Numbered from the stretch's first letter, positions 18,857 to 28,244 are shown. The stretch is DNA of 64,000 nt from an uncultured Acidobacteriota bacterium (GCA_963826865.1 CAWGYQ010000009.1:14570-78569), one strand, 5' to 3'. The notes: generated by a model from the letters alone, not told the origin. Made by a program: numbers and translations.

Positions 18857-19570
18857 ATGGCCTTCGACCTGCTCGCGTTCGGGCCACACCCTGACGACAT
18901 CGAGATTGGTGTCGGCGCCACCCTTGCGGCTCATGCCGCAGCCGGGTTTCGCGTGGCATTGTGCGATCTCACCCGGGGCGAGCTTGGAAGCAATGGGACG
19001 CCCGAGGAGCGCGCGTCGGAAGCGGAAGCCGCCCGGGAGGTCATTGGCGCGGACCTTCGCGAGAATCTGGGTTGGCCGGACGGCGGGATCGGCACGAGCG
19101 CCGACCACGAGCGCGAAGCCGTCCGCACGCTCCGCCGCCTGCGGCCCCGGACGGTCCTCATTCCGTGGTGGAAGGATCGCCACCCCGACCATCGCGCGGC
19201 GAGCGAGTTATTGTCGCGCGCCGTGTTTCTCGGCGCTCTGCGCCGTTACGATGCGCCTGGCGACCCATGGCGGCCAGACTGGTGCTGCTATTACTTCATC
19301 AACGACTCGGCACGCGCGTCGTTCCTGGTGGACGGATCCGCGCACTACGACAGAAAGCGGGCGGCGCTTGCCTGCTATCGCAGTCAGTTCCAGACCCCTG
19401 GTCCGGGGGCGGTCGCGACCCGCCTGACCTCACCGCGATTCCAGCAGCTCGTCGAGAGCCGCGATGCGCAGTTCGGCGCGCTCGTCGGGGCGGAGTTCGC
19501 CGAGGGCTTCATCGTGAGGGAGCCGCTGGCGAGACCTCACCTGCTCAAAGACTGGAGCGCGCGGCCGTAG
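18857..19570 (+). CDS. bshB1: Bacillithiol biosynthesis deacetylase BshB1 (PIG-L family)
   Basis: Collinear by-eye match to B. subtilis BshB1: LLAFGPHPDDIEIG, CDLTRGELGSNGT, DRHPDH, AEGF. Immediately upstream of bshA, as in Bacillus. Confidence 0.8.
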   Translation: MAFDLLAFGPHPDDIEIGVGATLAAHAAAGFRVALCDLTRGELGSNGTPEERASEAEAAREVIGADLRENLGWPDGGIGTSADHEREAVRTLRRLRPRTVLIPWWKDRHPDHRAASELLSRAVFLGALRRYDAPGDPWRPDWCCYYFINDSARASFLVDGSAHYDRKRAALACYRSQFQTPGPGAVATRLTSPRFQQLVESRDAQFGALVGAEFAEGFIVREPLARPHLLKDWSARP

Positions 19571-19583
19571 CCACCGAGGACCC

Positions 19584-20729
19584 ATGAACATCGGCATGGT
19601 CTGTTACCCGTCGATTGGCGGCAGCGGTGTCGTCGCCACGGAGCTTGGCAAGTGCCTGGCGGATCGCGGGCACCGGGTCCATTTTCTCAGCAGCGAGCCG
19701 CCGTTCAGGCTCAGCGGCTACCACCCCGGCATCACCTTCCACGGTGTCCAGACACCGGGCTATCCGCTGTTCCGCGAGCCGCAGTATCTGCTGACGCTGG
19801 CCAACAAGATCGTGCAGGTCAGCCGCGCCTTCGAGCTCGAGGTCATTCACGCGCACTATGCCATTCCTCACGCGGCTGCGGCCTATCTCGCCCGGCAGAT
19901 TCTGAGCGCTACGAACCACGGGGCGATCCCGCGCGTCATCACGACACTGCACGGCACGGACATCACGCTGCTGGGCAGCGACCCGTCCTACTCGGAGACT
20001 GTGGCCTTCTGCATCGACCGGTCGGATGGCATCACGGCGGTCTCCGAGAGCCTGAAGCGCGACACGTATCGTGACCTGCCCGTACGCGGAGACATTCGCG
20101 TCATCCATAATTTTCTCGATACCGACGTGCACCGCCGTGTCGAAGCCGACGAGCTGCGCCGCCGGATCTGCCCGCCCGACGAGTTCTCGCATCTCGTCAT
20201 CCACGTTTCCAATTTCCGGCCGGTGAAGCAGGTCGAAGCGGTCGTACGAATCTTCGAGCGCATTCAGCGGGGGATTCGGGCCAAACTGGTGCTCGTGGGC
20301 GATGGACCCGAATTGGGGCAGGTGATGCGGCTCGTGAAGGAGCTCGGTCTGAACCGCGCCGTCGACGCGATGGGTGGGCAGGACGAAGTCGTGCCCCTGC
20401 TGTCGGCCGCCGACCTCTTTCTGCTGCCGTCACGGCAGGAAAGCTTCGGTCTGGCCGCGCTCGAAGCCATGGCCTGCGAGGTGCCGGTCGTCGCGTCGGC
20501 GGTCGGCGGGCTGCCGGAGGTGATCCAGTCTGGAGTCCACGGCTTTCTGCATCCACCCGACGATTTCGACGCGATGGCCGAGAGCAGCATTGCGCTCCTG
20601 ACGGATTCCGACCTCCATCGTCGGATCGCCGAAGCCGGCCGCCGGCGCGTTCTCGAGCATTTCTCCGATGACGTGGTAGTCCCGCGCTATGAGGAGTACG
20701 ATCGCGAAGTGATCGCCAGGAGCTCGTAG
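19584..20729 (+). CDS. bshA: N-acetyl-alpha-D-glucosaminyl L-malate synthase BshA (GT4 glycosyltransferase)
   Basis: MNIGMVCYPSIGGSGVVATELGKCLADRGHRVHF, IHAHYAIPHA, TTLHGTDIT, HVSNFRPVK, LVGDGPE, ESFGLAALEAMACEVPVV. Strong by-eye similarity to B. subtilis BshA. Confidence 0.88.
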   Translation: MNIGMVCYPSIGGSGVVATELGKCLADRGHRVHFLSSEPPFRLSGYHPGITFHGVQTPGYPLFREPQYLLTLANKIVQVSRAFELEVIHAHYAIPHAAAAYLARQILSATNHGAIPRVITTLHGTDITLLGSDPSYSETVAFCIDRSDGITAVSESLKRDTYRDLPVRGDIRVIHNFLDTDVHRRVEADELRRRICPPDEFSHLVIHVSNFRPVKQVEAVVRIFERIQRGIRAKLVLVGDGPELGQVMRLVKELGLNRAVDAMGGQDEVVPLLSAADLFLLPSRQESFGLAALEAMACEVPVVASAVGGLPEVIQSGVHGFLHPPDDFDAMAESSIALLTDSDLHRRIAEAGRRRVLEHFSDDVVVPRYEEYDREVIARSS

Positions 20730-21497
20730 TGCGGCTCGGACTCCCTCAATGGACCCGCTGGATCGCCGTCGCGTGCCTGGCCGCGGCCACGGCCGCGGCG
20801 TCCGCACAGTCACGCTGGGATGACGAGCTCGGAGGCTACGAGGCGGCCTACGACGGCCGGTTTGCGTTCGCGCGGCTTCGATGGAACGCGGGGTCAGACG
20901 GCGGGTATCGCTGGCGGATGAGCAATGCGTGGAACCATGACTTCCCGCGCGCCGAGCAGCACCTTGCGCGCATTCTGAAGGAGCTGACGCTCATCGACGT
21001 GAGGCACCGAGGGCAGCCGGATTGTCTCGCTGGGCGATCCCGAGCTCTTCAACTACCCCATCGCCTACATGTGGGAACCCGGGTTCTGGTCGATGACCGA
21101 CGACGAGGCGGCGCAGCTTCGCGATTACCTGTTGAAGGGTGGCTTTGTCATCTTCGATGACTTCGAACAGGAGCAGTGGGACAACTTCGCGGAACAGATG
21201 CGGCGCGTGCTGCCTGACGGCCGCTTCGTGCAGCTCGATCGCACTCACACCATCTTCGACGCCTTCTTCCGCATGAAGACCATCGACTTTCCGCATCCGA
21301 TGATGGGTATTCTCCCCACCTATTTCGGCATCTTCGAGGACAACGATCCGGCCAAACGCCTCATGGTGATCGCGAACTACAACAACGACGTCGCCGAGTA
21401 CTGGGAGTGGTCGGACACCGGCATGCTTCCCATCGACATGTCGAACGAGGCCTACAAACTCGGCGTCAACTACATGATCTACGGCTTCACGCACTGA
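20729..21497 (+). pseudogene. DUF4159-domain secreted protein, interrupted by a +1 frameshift near 21008 (as assembled)
   Basis: ORF 20729..21160 (signal peptide; FAFARLRWN...NHDFPRAEQHLARILKELTLIDV) continues from ~21009 in the frame of ORF 21069..21497 (EGSRIVSLGDPELFNYPIAYMWEPGFWSMTDDEAAQLRDYLLKGGFVIFDDF...LGVNYMIYGFTH). An extra base sits in cac-c-gag. The GTG start overlaps the bshA stop. Confidence 0.65.
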
Positions 21498-21654
21498 CGT
21501 TCCCGCCGCGGACCGAAATCAGGGCGGCACAGATCGATCAGCCCTGTCAGAGTGCACTGTTCGGGGATTACCGGGCGAGTGAGGCGCGCATCTCCGCGGC
21601 CGGATCAGGCAGCATGCGGGCCGACAACAACCGCCCTGGGACGGCCCGACCGTG

Positions 21655-22767
21655 TTACTGGGCGGTGCTCGAGAGAGGGACGGAGCCGACGACGGGATTC
21701 GTCAGCGTGCCGATGCTTTCAATCGCGCACACCGAGAGATCGCCAGGTTTGAAGTAGATCGGCGTGGAGCGGGCCGTGCCCACACCTGCCGGTGTGCCCA
21801 TCGCAATCATGTCTCCAGGACGCAGAGTCAGGATGTGCGAGGCGAAGCTCACCATCTCGTACACGTTGTGCGTCATGCGATCGGTCGTCGAGTCCTGCAT
21901 GATGCGCCCGTTGAGGGTGAACCGCACGGCCAGACGCTGCGGGTCCTTCACGAATTCCCTCGGGACGATGAAGGGGCCCATGGGCGCGAACGTGTCGTGC
22001 CCCTTGCCGATCAGCCAGTCCGAACCATGCCGACCGTCGTGGCGTCCCCCACGGTCCGACACGTCGTTCTCGAGTGTGTAGCCGAAGATGTAGTCGGCGG
22101 CGCGTTCGACCGAGACGCGGCTCGCGGTGCGGCCGACCACAACCGCCAGCTCGCACTCCCAATCGATCTGGTCGCGACCGGGCGGCAGACGAATGGCATC
22201 GCCGTCTCCAATGACGGCCGACGGCGGCTTCAGGTAGAGATACGGGCTCTGGCGAGTGTCATTCGGCTTGCGAGGCCAGAGTCCTGGTATCGAGTCCGAT
22301 CGTCGGGCCGCGGCACCTGCGCCCCCCTCGAGGCGCGCCATCTCCGACGCATGCTCCTTGAAGTTCAAGGCCGAGTTCAGGATCGTTCCCGGTTTGAGCA
22401 CGGGCGGACGGATTCGAACCGACTTCAAGTCGCGGAGGTACCCGGATCCGGCAACTGCGGCGCTCGCCATGCTGGCGATGGCATGCACACGCTGGCGGAT
22501 CGGCTCTTCCCCGTACTGCTCGAGGAGCGCCTTCATGTCGGACGCCAGCACGATGGCCAGGGACGCCGCGGAATCTCGCTCGTAGCTCAGGTTGGCGGCT
22601 TCCAGATCGACGACGATCGTGTCTTTGATCACCAAGCCGACAAACGTCCGGCCGCCCTGCTCGAACGTGCCGAGCTTGAAGGGCTCCGGCGATGCCGGCA
22701 CCTGAGCCACGACCAGCGCGGCCGACAGGACGCCCGCCAAGACGCCGCCACCGAACAGCAGTCGCAT
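21655..22767 (-). CDS. Fumarylacetoacetate hydrolase (FAH)-family protein with N-terminal signal peptide and ~120-aa N-terminal extension
   Basis: Start trimmed to the ATG at 22767 (MRLLFGGGVLAGVLSAALVVAQVPA). FAH core: IDWECELAVVVG, IFGYTLENDVSDR, WLIGKGHDTFAPMGP, LRPGDMIAMGTPAGVG. Confidence 0.8.
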   Translation of the reverse strand: MRLLFGGGVLAGVLSAALVVAQVPASPEPFKLGTFEQGGRTFVGLVIKDTIVVDLEAANLSYERDSAASLAIVLASDMKALLEQYGEEPIRQRVHAIASMASAAVAGSGYLRDLKSVRIRPPVLKPGTILNSALNFKEHASEMARLEGGAGAAARRSDSIPGLWPRKPNDTRQSPYLYLKPPSAVIGDGDAIRLPPGRDQIDWECELAVVVGRTASRVSVERAADYIFGYTLENDVSDRGGRHDGRHGSDWLIGKGHDTFAPMGPFIVPREFVKDPQRLAVRFTLNGRIMQDSTTDRMTHNVYEMVSFASHILTLRPGDMIAMGTPAGVGTARSTPIYFKPGDLSVCAIESIGTLTNPVVGSVPLSSTAQ

Positions 22768-22851
22768 CGGTCGATCAATCTGAGATGGGCCCGCCCCGTA
22801 CCGCGTCACACATCGTGCGCGGTAGGGGGCGAGCCCAAACAACCAGGGGAA

Positions 22852-23987
22852 CTATCTGCCGGCGCTCGAGGTGGCTGCCGTCGGGACTTCGGCCTTCGCC
22901 GTGTGCGTCAGCGTCCCGATGCCATCGATGGTGGCGACGATCTTGTCGCCGTCCTTGAGGAAGATCTGCTCAGCGCGAACTGTCCGTGACATGCCCGTCC
23001 CGGCCGGGCTGCCGGCCGAGATCAGGTCGCCGGGGAACAGCGTGATGATCATCGAGCCTGTACTCGACGAGCTCATTCACGTTGTGAATCATGTCGGTGG
23101 AGCGCGCGTCCTGCATCGCCTGGCCGTTGACCGTCAAGAGTTGACGAACGTTCTGTACGTCGCCGTAGAACTCCTTCGGAACGATGAAGGGACCCATGGG
23201 CGAGAAGGTGTCGTGGCCCTTGCCCACCAGCCAGTCGGTACCGAACCGGGACGGCCCGGTCTCACCCGGCCGCGTGCCTCGATCCGACATGTCGAGCGAG
23301 ATCGTGTAACCGAAGATGTACGTCCCGCGCCTGCGCCTCGGTCACATACTTCGCCGTCTTCCCGATGACGACGCCGATCTCGCACTCCCAATCGATGCGA
23401 TCGCGGCCCTTCGGCAGGATGATGTCGTCTCCATTGCCCACCACGGCGCCCCGCGTCGGCTTCAGGAACAGATAGGGATAGGCTGGCCGGTTCGCGCGCA
23501 AGTCGGCCTCAATCTTCTTCGCCTCCGCGGGCGAGCTGGCCTCACCAGCGTGCGCGTAGTAGTTCGCGGCCGCGTTCATGATCTTCGAGGGGTAGAGGAT
23601 TGGGGCGAGCGTGCGCACCTTGCCGACGTCGTACACCCAGGGCGCACGGTTGGCGCCGGTCACCAGGTTGCTCCTGACGGCCCAATTGACGATCTCGTAC
23701 AACCGCCGCTGTACGCCGTACTCATAGGCCGAGATGATCCCGAGCATGTCGCCGGGCATGGCCACCGTGGCCGCGCTGGGATTCAGCATCATGTCGGCGT
23801 TCGCCGCCTGCACGTCGAGAATCAACGTGTCCCTGAGGACGAGGCCGACCGTGGGCTTCCCGTGAATCAGGAACGTGCCGAGCTTGAAGGGCTCGGCGAT
23901 GTTCGGCTGCTGCGCCTGCATCGGCGCGTGGCTCGTCATCAACGAGACGCCGATTGCAATCGTCAGCGCGTAAATGGCTCGACGCAT
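22852..23987 (-). pseudogene. Second FAH-family paralog (signal peptide), broken by two +1 frameshifts (~23321 and ~23059)
   Basis: Three ORF pieces in three frames (23262..23987, 22970..23290, 22852..23076) join into one FAH protein: ...IDWECEIGVVIGKTAKYVTEAQARD/YIFGYTISLDMSDRG...WLVGKGHDTFSPMGPFIVP...MIHNVNELVEY/GSMIITLFPGDLISAGSPAGTG... GGAGG lies 8 nt upstream of the ATG at 23987. Confidence 0.7.
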
Positions 23988-24184
23988 ATCACTAACCTCC
24001 AGAGCAAACTGTTAGGACGAAAGCTTTGCTCGACAGCCCGACCTTCGAGAACCTAAGGCCTTGTCGAGCACACCGAAAAGGGAGGATGCCTGAGAACCCA
24101 TGAGGACCCTCGTGGGCACCATAGCAGGGTCCAGTATGGGGGAATTGTTAATAGATGTCTCTGAGCTATTACCGGCCGGAAGGG

Positions 24185-24226
24185 GAAAACGCAGAGGGTG
24201 TCCCGCAGTCGCGGGACACCCTCTGG
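24185..24226 (-). terminator. Rho-independent-type terminator after the TonB-dependent receptor gene
   Basis: Perfect 15-bp GC-rich stem CAGAGGGTGTCCCGC/GCGGGACACCCTCTG (24192-24225) with a 4-nt loop. It lies 14 nt past the stop (24240) and is followed on the minus strand by GTTTTCCCC. Confidence 0.6.
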
Positions 24227-24239
24227 TGGAGCGCTCGTC

Positions 24240-27197
24240 TTAGAACGTGTAGCGGACCCCCAACTGCATCGTCCGCATCGTTTGCGCGGCGACCGGGACG
24301 AGGAAGTTGGCGCTGTTGCGGTTACCCGTGGGGTTCCCGAAGTTCACGCGATTGGTCAGGTTGTAGATCTCCCAGAAGAACCCGATCTCGTTCCGGTTCG
24401 GTCTGAGGATGTACTGGAACCTGGCATCCACCGTGAACTGCTCCTCGCCGTCGATGCCATTGCGAATCGCGCGGCCATTTGAATCGAGCTCCGAAACGAT
24501 TGGCCGAGTCGCATCGTCGACGCCCGCCACGGGACGATCGAAGGCGTCGTTGTCACGGTTCACGTCGCGCCCGACCGTCTCGTTGATCGGGTTGCCCGAG
24601 TAGTCCTTGAGGCTGATGCCGCCGCCCAGGCCACCCCAGATGTCGGCGTTGGCGCTGGCCACGAACCCGTGCCGGTTGTCGAAGTTCGTGCGGGCGTAGT
24701 CGGCGCGTGGGTCGAAGTCGTTGTCCACTCTCTTGGCAGCGACGCCACCCGCCGTGCCCACGTCGTGGGCCTCGGAGAGCGTGTACGCCAGACGACCGCC
24801 CCAACGGCTCGCGAACCGCTTCTCGAGTGAGAACTCGAGCGCGTCGTAGTCGGTGTCGAAGGCGTCCAGCGTCTGGTACTGCAGGAAGCGCTGGAAGCTC
24901 GCGTCACGCGAGCCCGCGGGCACGAGCGCGCCCGACGGGTCGAACCCATCGGCCTGCGGACGCACGCCACCGGTCGGCTCGTTGAGGTCGATGAGCCCCG
25001 TCTGGTCTTTGCCGCGGTTCCCGATGTAGTCCACGCCGACCGCGATGGTATTGCCGATCTGCTGCTTGAACCCCACGCTGAAGCTGTAGAGATACCCCAG
25101 CTTGCGGTCGCCGTCGACCGACGGGTTGGCGTTCGTGAAAGCGCCCGCGAACACCTGATTCCGGATGTCCGTGAGATCGGCGCGGCATTGCGGGCCGATC
25201 AGCGCTCGGCCCTGCCCATCGCCCGAGGGCAGCAGACACGGATCCTCGGGAAATTCGCCGTCGAGCGGGCTCTCGTCCTCGTCCGTCTCGTAGGTGATCG
25301 ACTTCGAGACCACCGGCTGGGTCAGGAGCGTCGCCCGGATCGTCAGCGGCTGGTATTCATAGAATTTCCCAATTCCACCGCGGAGGACCGTGCGACCGTT
25401 ACCACTCAGGTCGTAGGCGACGCCGAGGCGTGGCGCGAACGCGGTGTTCGTGTCCACCAGATCCTGCTTGTCGTATCTCAGACCGAGATTCAGGGTCAGC
25501 CGGCGATTCACCTGCCACTTGTCCTGGAAGTAGAAGTTGAAGCGCTCGTCGTCCTGCGGGTAGATGGTCTGCCCCAGCCGGATACTGAACACCGAGGGAT
25601 AGGTGAACGCGTTCGACGGATCGAAATTGAGATTGTGCAGGAACTCGAAGCCCCCGATCTGACCCCCGCCAATCTCCTGTGGGTCCGCCGAGTTCTTGCT
25701 GAACCCGACGCCCGCCTTGAACGTGTGGTCGCCGCGCCAGCCGGACTTGATGAACGTGAACGCGTTCTCGAACCCGTAGGTGCGGATCTTGTCCTGCTGG
25801 AAGGTATCGCTCGGCCCCGCCACGTAGTCCTCGTGTTCGTTTGTCGAGCCGATGTCGAACTGATCCCGACCGCCGAGCCCGGTGAAGGCGTAGTCGTCGC
25901 ACGGTGGGGCGGCGCACCCGCCGCCGAACGCAAACAGCCCGCCCTGCAGAAGGTTCTCGCGCACGTGGCTGACCTTGAACTCGTTCGTCGCGCGATTGCC
26001 GAGCACCGAGGTCCAGGAGAAGCTGTACACCTGATCGCCGCTGTCGTTCTCGATCTCGCAGTTCTCCAAAAGGCTCAGGCCGTCCTGCAGATCCTCGCAG
26101 TCGGTGATCGCCGCTTCACGCACCCACCGGAAGCTCAGGTTGTTGGTCTGATTCAGCTGGTAGTCCGTCCGGATGAACGTGTTCCAGGCGCGGATGGCGG
26201 TTTGATCCTGGTAACTCTGGGCAAGAGGCGCGGCCTCGTCGGGGAAGAGCAGGTTAGCGGCCTGCTCGATGAGGTTGCGCTCGATGTTGAAGAACCAGAA
26301 CGCCTTGTTCTTGACGATCGGACCACCGAGGCTGCCGCCGAACACCTTGCTGCCCGCGTCGGTCTTCTCCCCGCCCTCCTGCTCGACGAAGTAGTCGATG
26401 GCATTGAGGCTGTCGTCCTGGTAGTAAAAGAACGTGCGACCCTGTATGCGGTTCGTCCCGCTGCGGGTGACCGCGTTCACGATGACTCCGGACGATCCGC
26501 CGAACTCCGCCGTGTACTGATGCGTCAGCACCTGGAACTCGGCCATCGTGTCGAGCGTGACGCGCGCCTGGTTGGCCTGCGAACCGCCCCGGCGGTCGTC
26601 GTTGTTGTACACGCCGTCCACGAGGAACTGGTTGCTCGTCGTCTCACGGCCGTTCGCATTGAACTGACCGCCTTCGAACGAACCCACCGACAGGCTCGGC
26701 GTCAGGCCGGGGACCATCGCCATCAAGCTCAACTGGCTGCGCCCCTGGCTCGGCAGGTTATCGATCTCCTGGTTGCTGATGTTGGCGCCAACCCTGCTCG
26801 CCGTCACTTCGACAAGCGGCGCCTCGCCGGTGACGGTGACCGATTCCTGGATGCCACCCACCTGCATCGTCATCGCGACCGTGAGTTCCTGGCCAACGCC
26901 CAGGGTGATGCCAGTCTGAGTCGTCGGCTGAAAGCCGACCAGCTCGGCCTTAATCGTGTACTTGCCCGGAAGGAGAGTCGTGATCACGAAAGTGCCGTCA
27001 CCCGAGGTGACGCTATCCCGCGTGAGCCCCGTGCCCTCCTCCGTTAGGAGGATGGTCACTCCGGGCAGTACGGCCTTTTCCTGGTCGTACACGACACCGT
27101 TGATTTCGGCGCGGCCGGCTCCTTGCCCGAAGGCAGGCGATGCGAAGGCCACTCCCAAGACGAACAGGACTAGAAAGCTGGAGAGGCGACGGAGCAT
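24240..27197 (-). CDS. TonB-dependent receptor with N-terminal carboxypeptidase-regulatory-like (CarboxypepD_reg) domain
   Basis: Signal peptide; EINGVVYDQEKAVLPGVTILL...GDGTFVITTLLPGKYTIKAELVGF. Plug (VTVTGEAPLVE...NLPSQGR), a long beta-barrel and a C-terminal aromatic end ...LGVRYTF. Confidence 0.9.
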   Translation of the reverse strand: MLRRLSSFLVLFVLGVAFASPAFGQGAGRAEINGVVYDQEKAVLPGVTILLTEEGTGLTRDSVTSGDGTFVITTLLPGKYTIKAELVGFQPTTQTGITLGVGQELTVAMTMQVGGIQESVTVTGEAPLVEVTASRVGANISNQEIDNLPSQGRSQLSLMAMVPGLTPSLSVGSFEGGQFNANGRETTSNQFLVDGVYNNDDRRGGSQANQARVTLDTMAEFQVLTHQYTAEFGGSSGVIVNAVTRSGTNRIQGRTFFYYQDDSLNAIDYFVEQEGGEKTDAGSKVFGGSLGGPIVKNKAFWFFNIERNLIEQAANLLFPDEAAPLAQSYQDQTAIRAWNTFIRTDYQLNQTNNLSFRWVREAAITDCEDLQDGLSLLENCEIENDSGDQVYSFSWTSVLGNRATNEFKVSHVRENLLQGGLFAFGGGCAAPPCDDYAFTGLGGRDQFDIGSTNEHEDYVAGPSDTFQQDKIRTYGFENAFTFIKSGWRGDHTFKAGVGFSKNSADPQEIGGGQIGGFEFLHNLNFDPSNAFTYPSVFSIRLGQTIYPQDDERFNFYFQDKWQVNRRLTLNLGLRYDKQDLVDTNTAFAPRLGVAYDLSGNGRTVLRGGIGKFYEYQPLTIRATLLTQPVVSKSITYETDEDESPLDGEFPEDPCLLPSGDGQGRALIGPQCRADLTDIRNQVFAGAFTNANPSVDGDRKLGYLYSFSVGFKQQIGNTIAVGVDYIGNRGKDQTGLIDLNEPTGGVRPQADGFDPSGALVPAGSRDASFQRFLQYQTLDAFDTDYDALEFSLEKRFASRWGGRLAYTLSEAHDVGTAGGVAAKRVDNDFDPRADYARTNFDNRHGFVASANADIWGGLGGGISLKDYSGNPINETVGRDVNRDNDAFDRPVAGVDDATRPIVSELDSNGRAIRNGIDGEEQFTVDARFQYILRPNRNEIGFFWEIYNLTNRVNFGNPTGNRNSANFLVPVAAQTMRTMQLGVRYTF

Positions 27198-27539
27198 ATG
27201 TGATCCTCCAAGCTGACCGGTTGCGAACGAAAACGATGGCGACCGAGACGGACGTTTTCAGGCAGCGACGCTACACCATCGCTAACCCGCCGGAACGTCA
27301 AAACTTATCTCCTGAATGTCTCCGAATTGTCTCTCGAAAGGCGCTCCCGAACAGCCGGAGCGTCGCTTCAGCGCTAGGAACTACGTGCAATCATTGCACC
27401 GCCGGGAGTTAACCCGAACTGCGCGAAAATCTTTAGGAAATCCGGTTGGTGCGCCGATCGACCACAGCTTACCCGACAACTCGCCGGATGAATTCTTCGG
27501 ATTCTTGGATCGGAACGCAGTTCCGTGATCGATTCGACC

Positions 27540-28244
27540 TTACACCGTCAGGTGATACCCGCTCCCGTGCACGGTGACGATGTAGCGGGGATCGTGGGGC
27601 TTCGGCTCGAGGTGCGCCCGCAGCTTGAAGATGTAGTTGTCCACGGTTCGCGTGACCGACAGGTGGGAGTAGCCCCACACGTCGCGGAGCAGCTGCTCGC
27701 GGCTCACGACTTCGCCTCGATGCGCGATGAGATACCGGAGCAGCTCGAACTCGCGCGGCGAGATATCGAGCCGCTTGCCGCGCCGGGTCACGATCCGGCT
27801 CCGCAGATTCACCTTGACGTCGCCGAAAACGAACTCGCCTGCGTCGGGCGCCGGCGAGTCGCGCCTGAGTTGCGCGCGCACGCGCGCCATCAGCTCGCGA
27901 ACACTGAACGGCTTGCTCACGTAATCGTCGGCGCCCAGATCCAGACCGATCACGCGATCGGCCTCCTCCGTGCGTGCGGTGAGCATGATGATGGGGACGC
28001 GATTCCCGCGGGCCCGGACCTGACGGCAGAACTCGAACCCGCTCATGCGCGGCAGCATCACGTCGAGGAGAATCAGCGCGTAGCTGTTGCGCTCCATCCG
28101 TGCGAGCGCGTCCTCGGCCGACTCCACCGACGTGGCGCGAAACCCTTCGAACTCGAGATTGTCGGCGAGCAGACCCCGGAGCTGCGGCTCGTCTTCGACA
28201 ATCAGAATGTGGTGGGATGGTTGACCGGATTCAGATGTCTTCAT
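27540..28244 (-). CDS. OmpR/PhoB-family response regulator (receiver + winged-helix DNA-binding domain)
   Basis: HILIVEDEPQLRGLL, LILLDVMLP (phospho-Asp), PIIMLTA, DDYVSKPF, C-terminal YIVTVHGSGYHL. Confidence 0.9.
   Translation of the reverse strand: MKTSESGQPSHHILIVEDEPQLRGLLADNLEFEGFRATSVESAEDALARMERNSYALILLDVMLPRMSGFEFCRQVRARGNRVPIIMLTARTEEADRVIGLDLGADDYVSKPFSVRELMARVRAQLRRDSPAPDAGEFVFGDVKVNLRSRIVTRRGKRLDISPREFELLRYLIAHRGEVVSREQLLRDVWGYSHLSVTRTVDNYIFKLRAHLEPKPHDPRYIVTVHGSGYHLTV

Noticed and set aside
27385-27399. Calling the 7-1-7 palindrome a Fur box.
   Set aside because: Only the central AAT-x-ATT matches the classical GATAATGATAATCATTATC consensus, and the flanks (GTGC/GCAC) do not. 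It is kept only as an unassigned palindrome.
27491-27525. A direct repeat ATTCTTCGG/ATTCTTGG and a small hairpin CGGAAC-GCA-GTTCCG just after the response-regulator stop, considered as an OmpR-type binding site or terminator.
   Set aside because: The repeat is short with 9-nt phasing and lies ~300 nt from the receptor start. The hairpin has only 6 bp and no U-tract. This is too weak to call.
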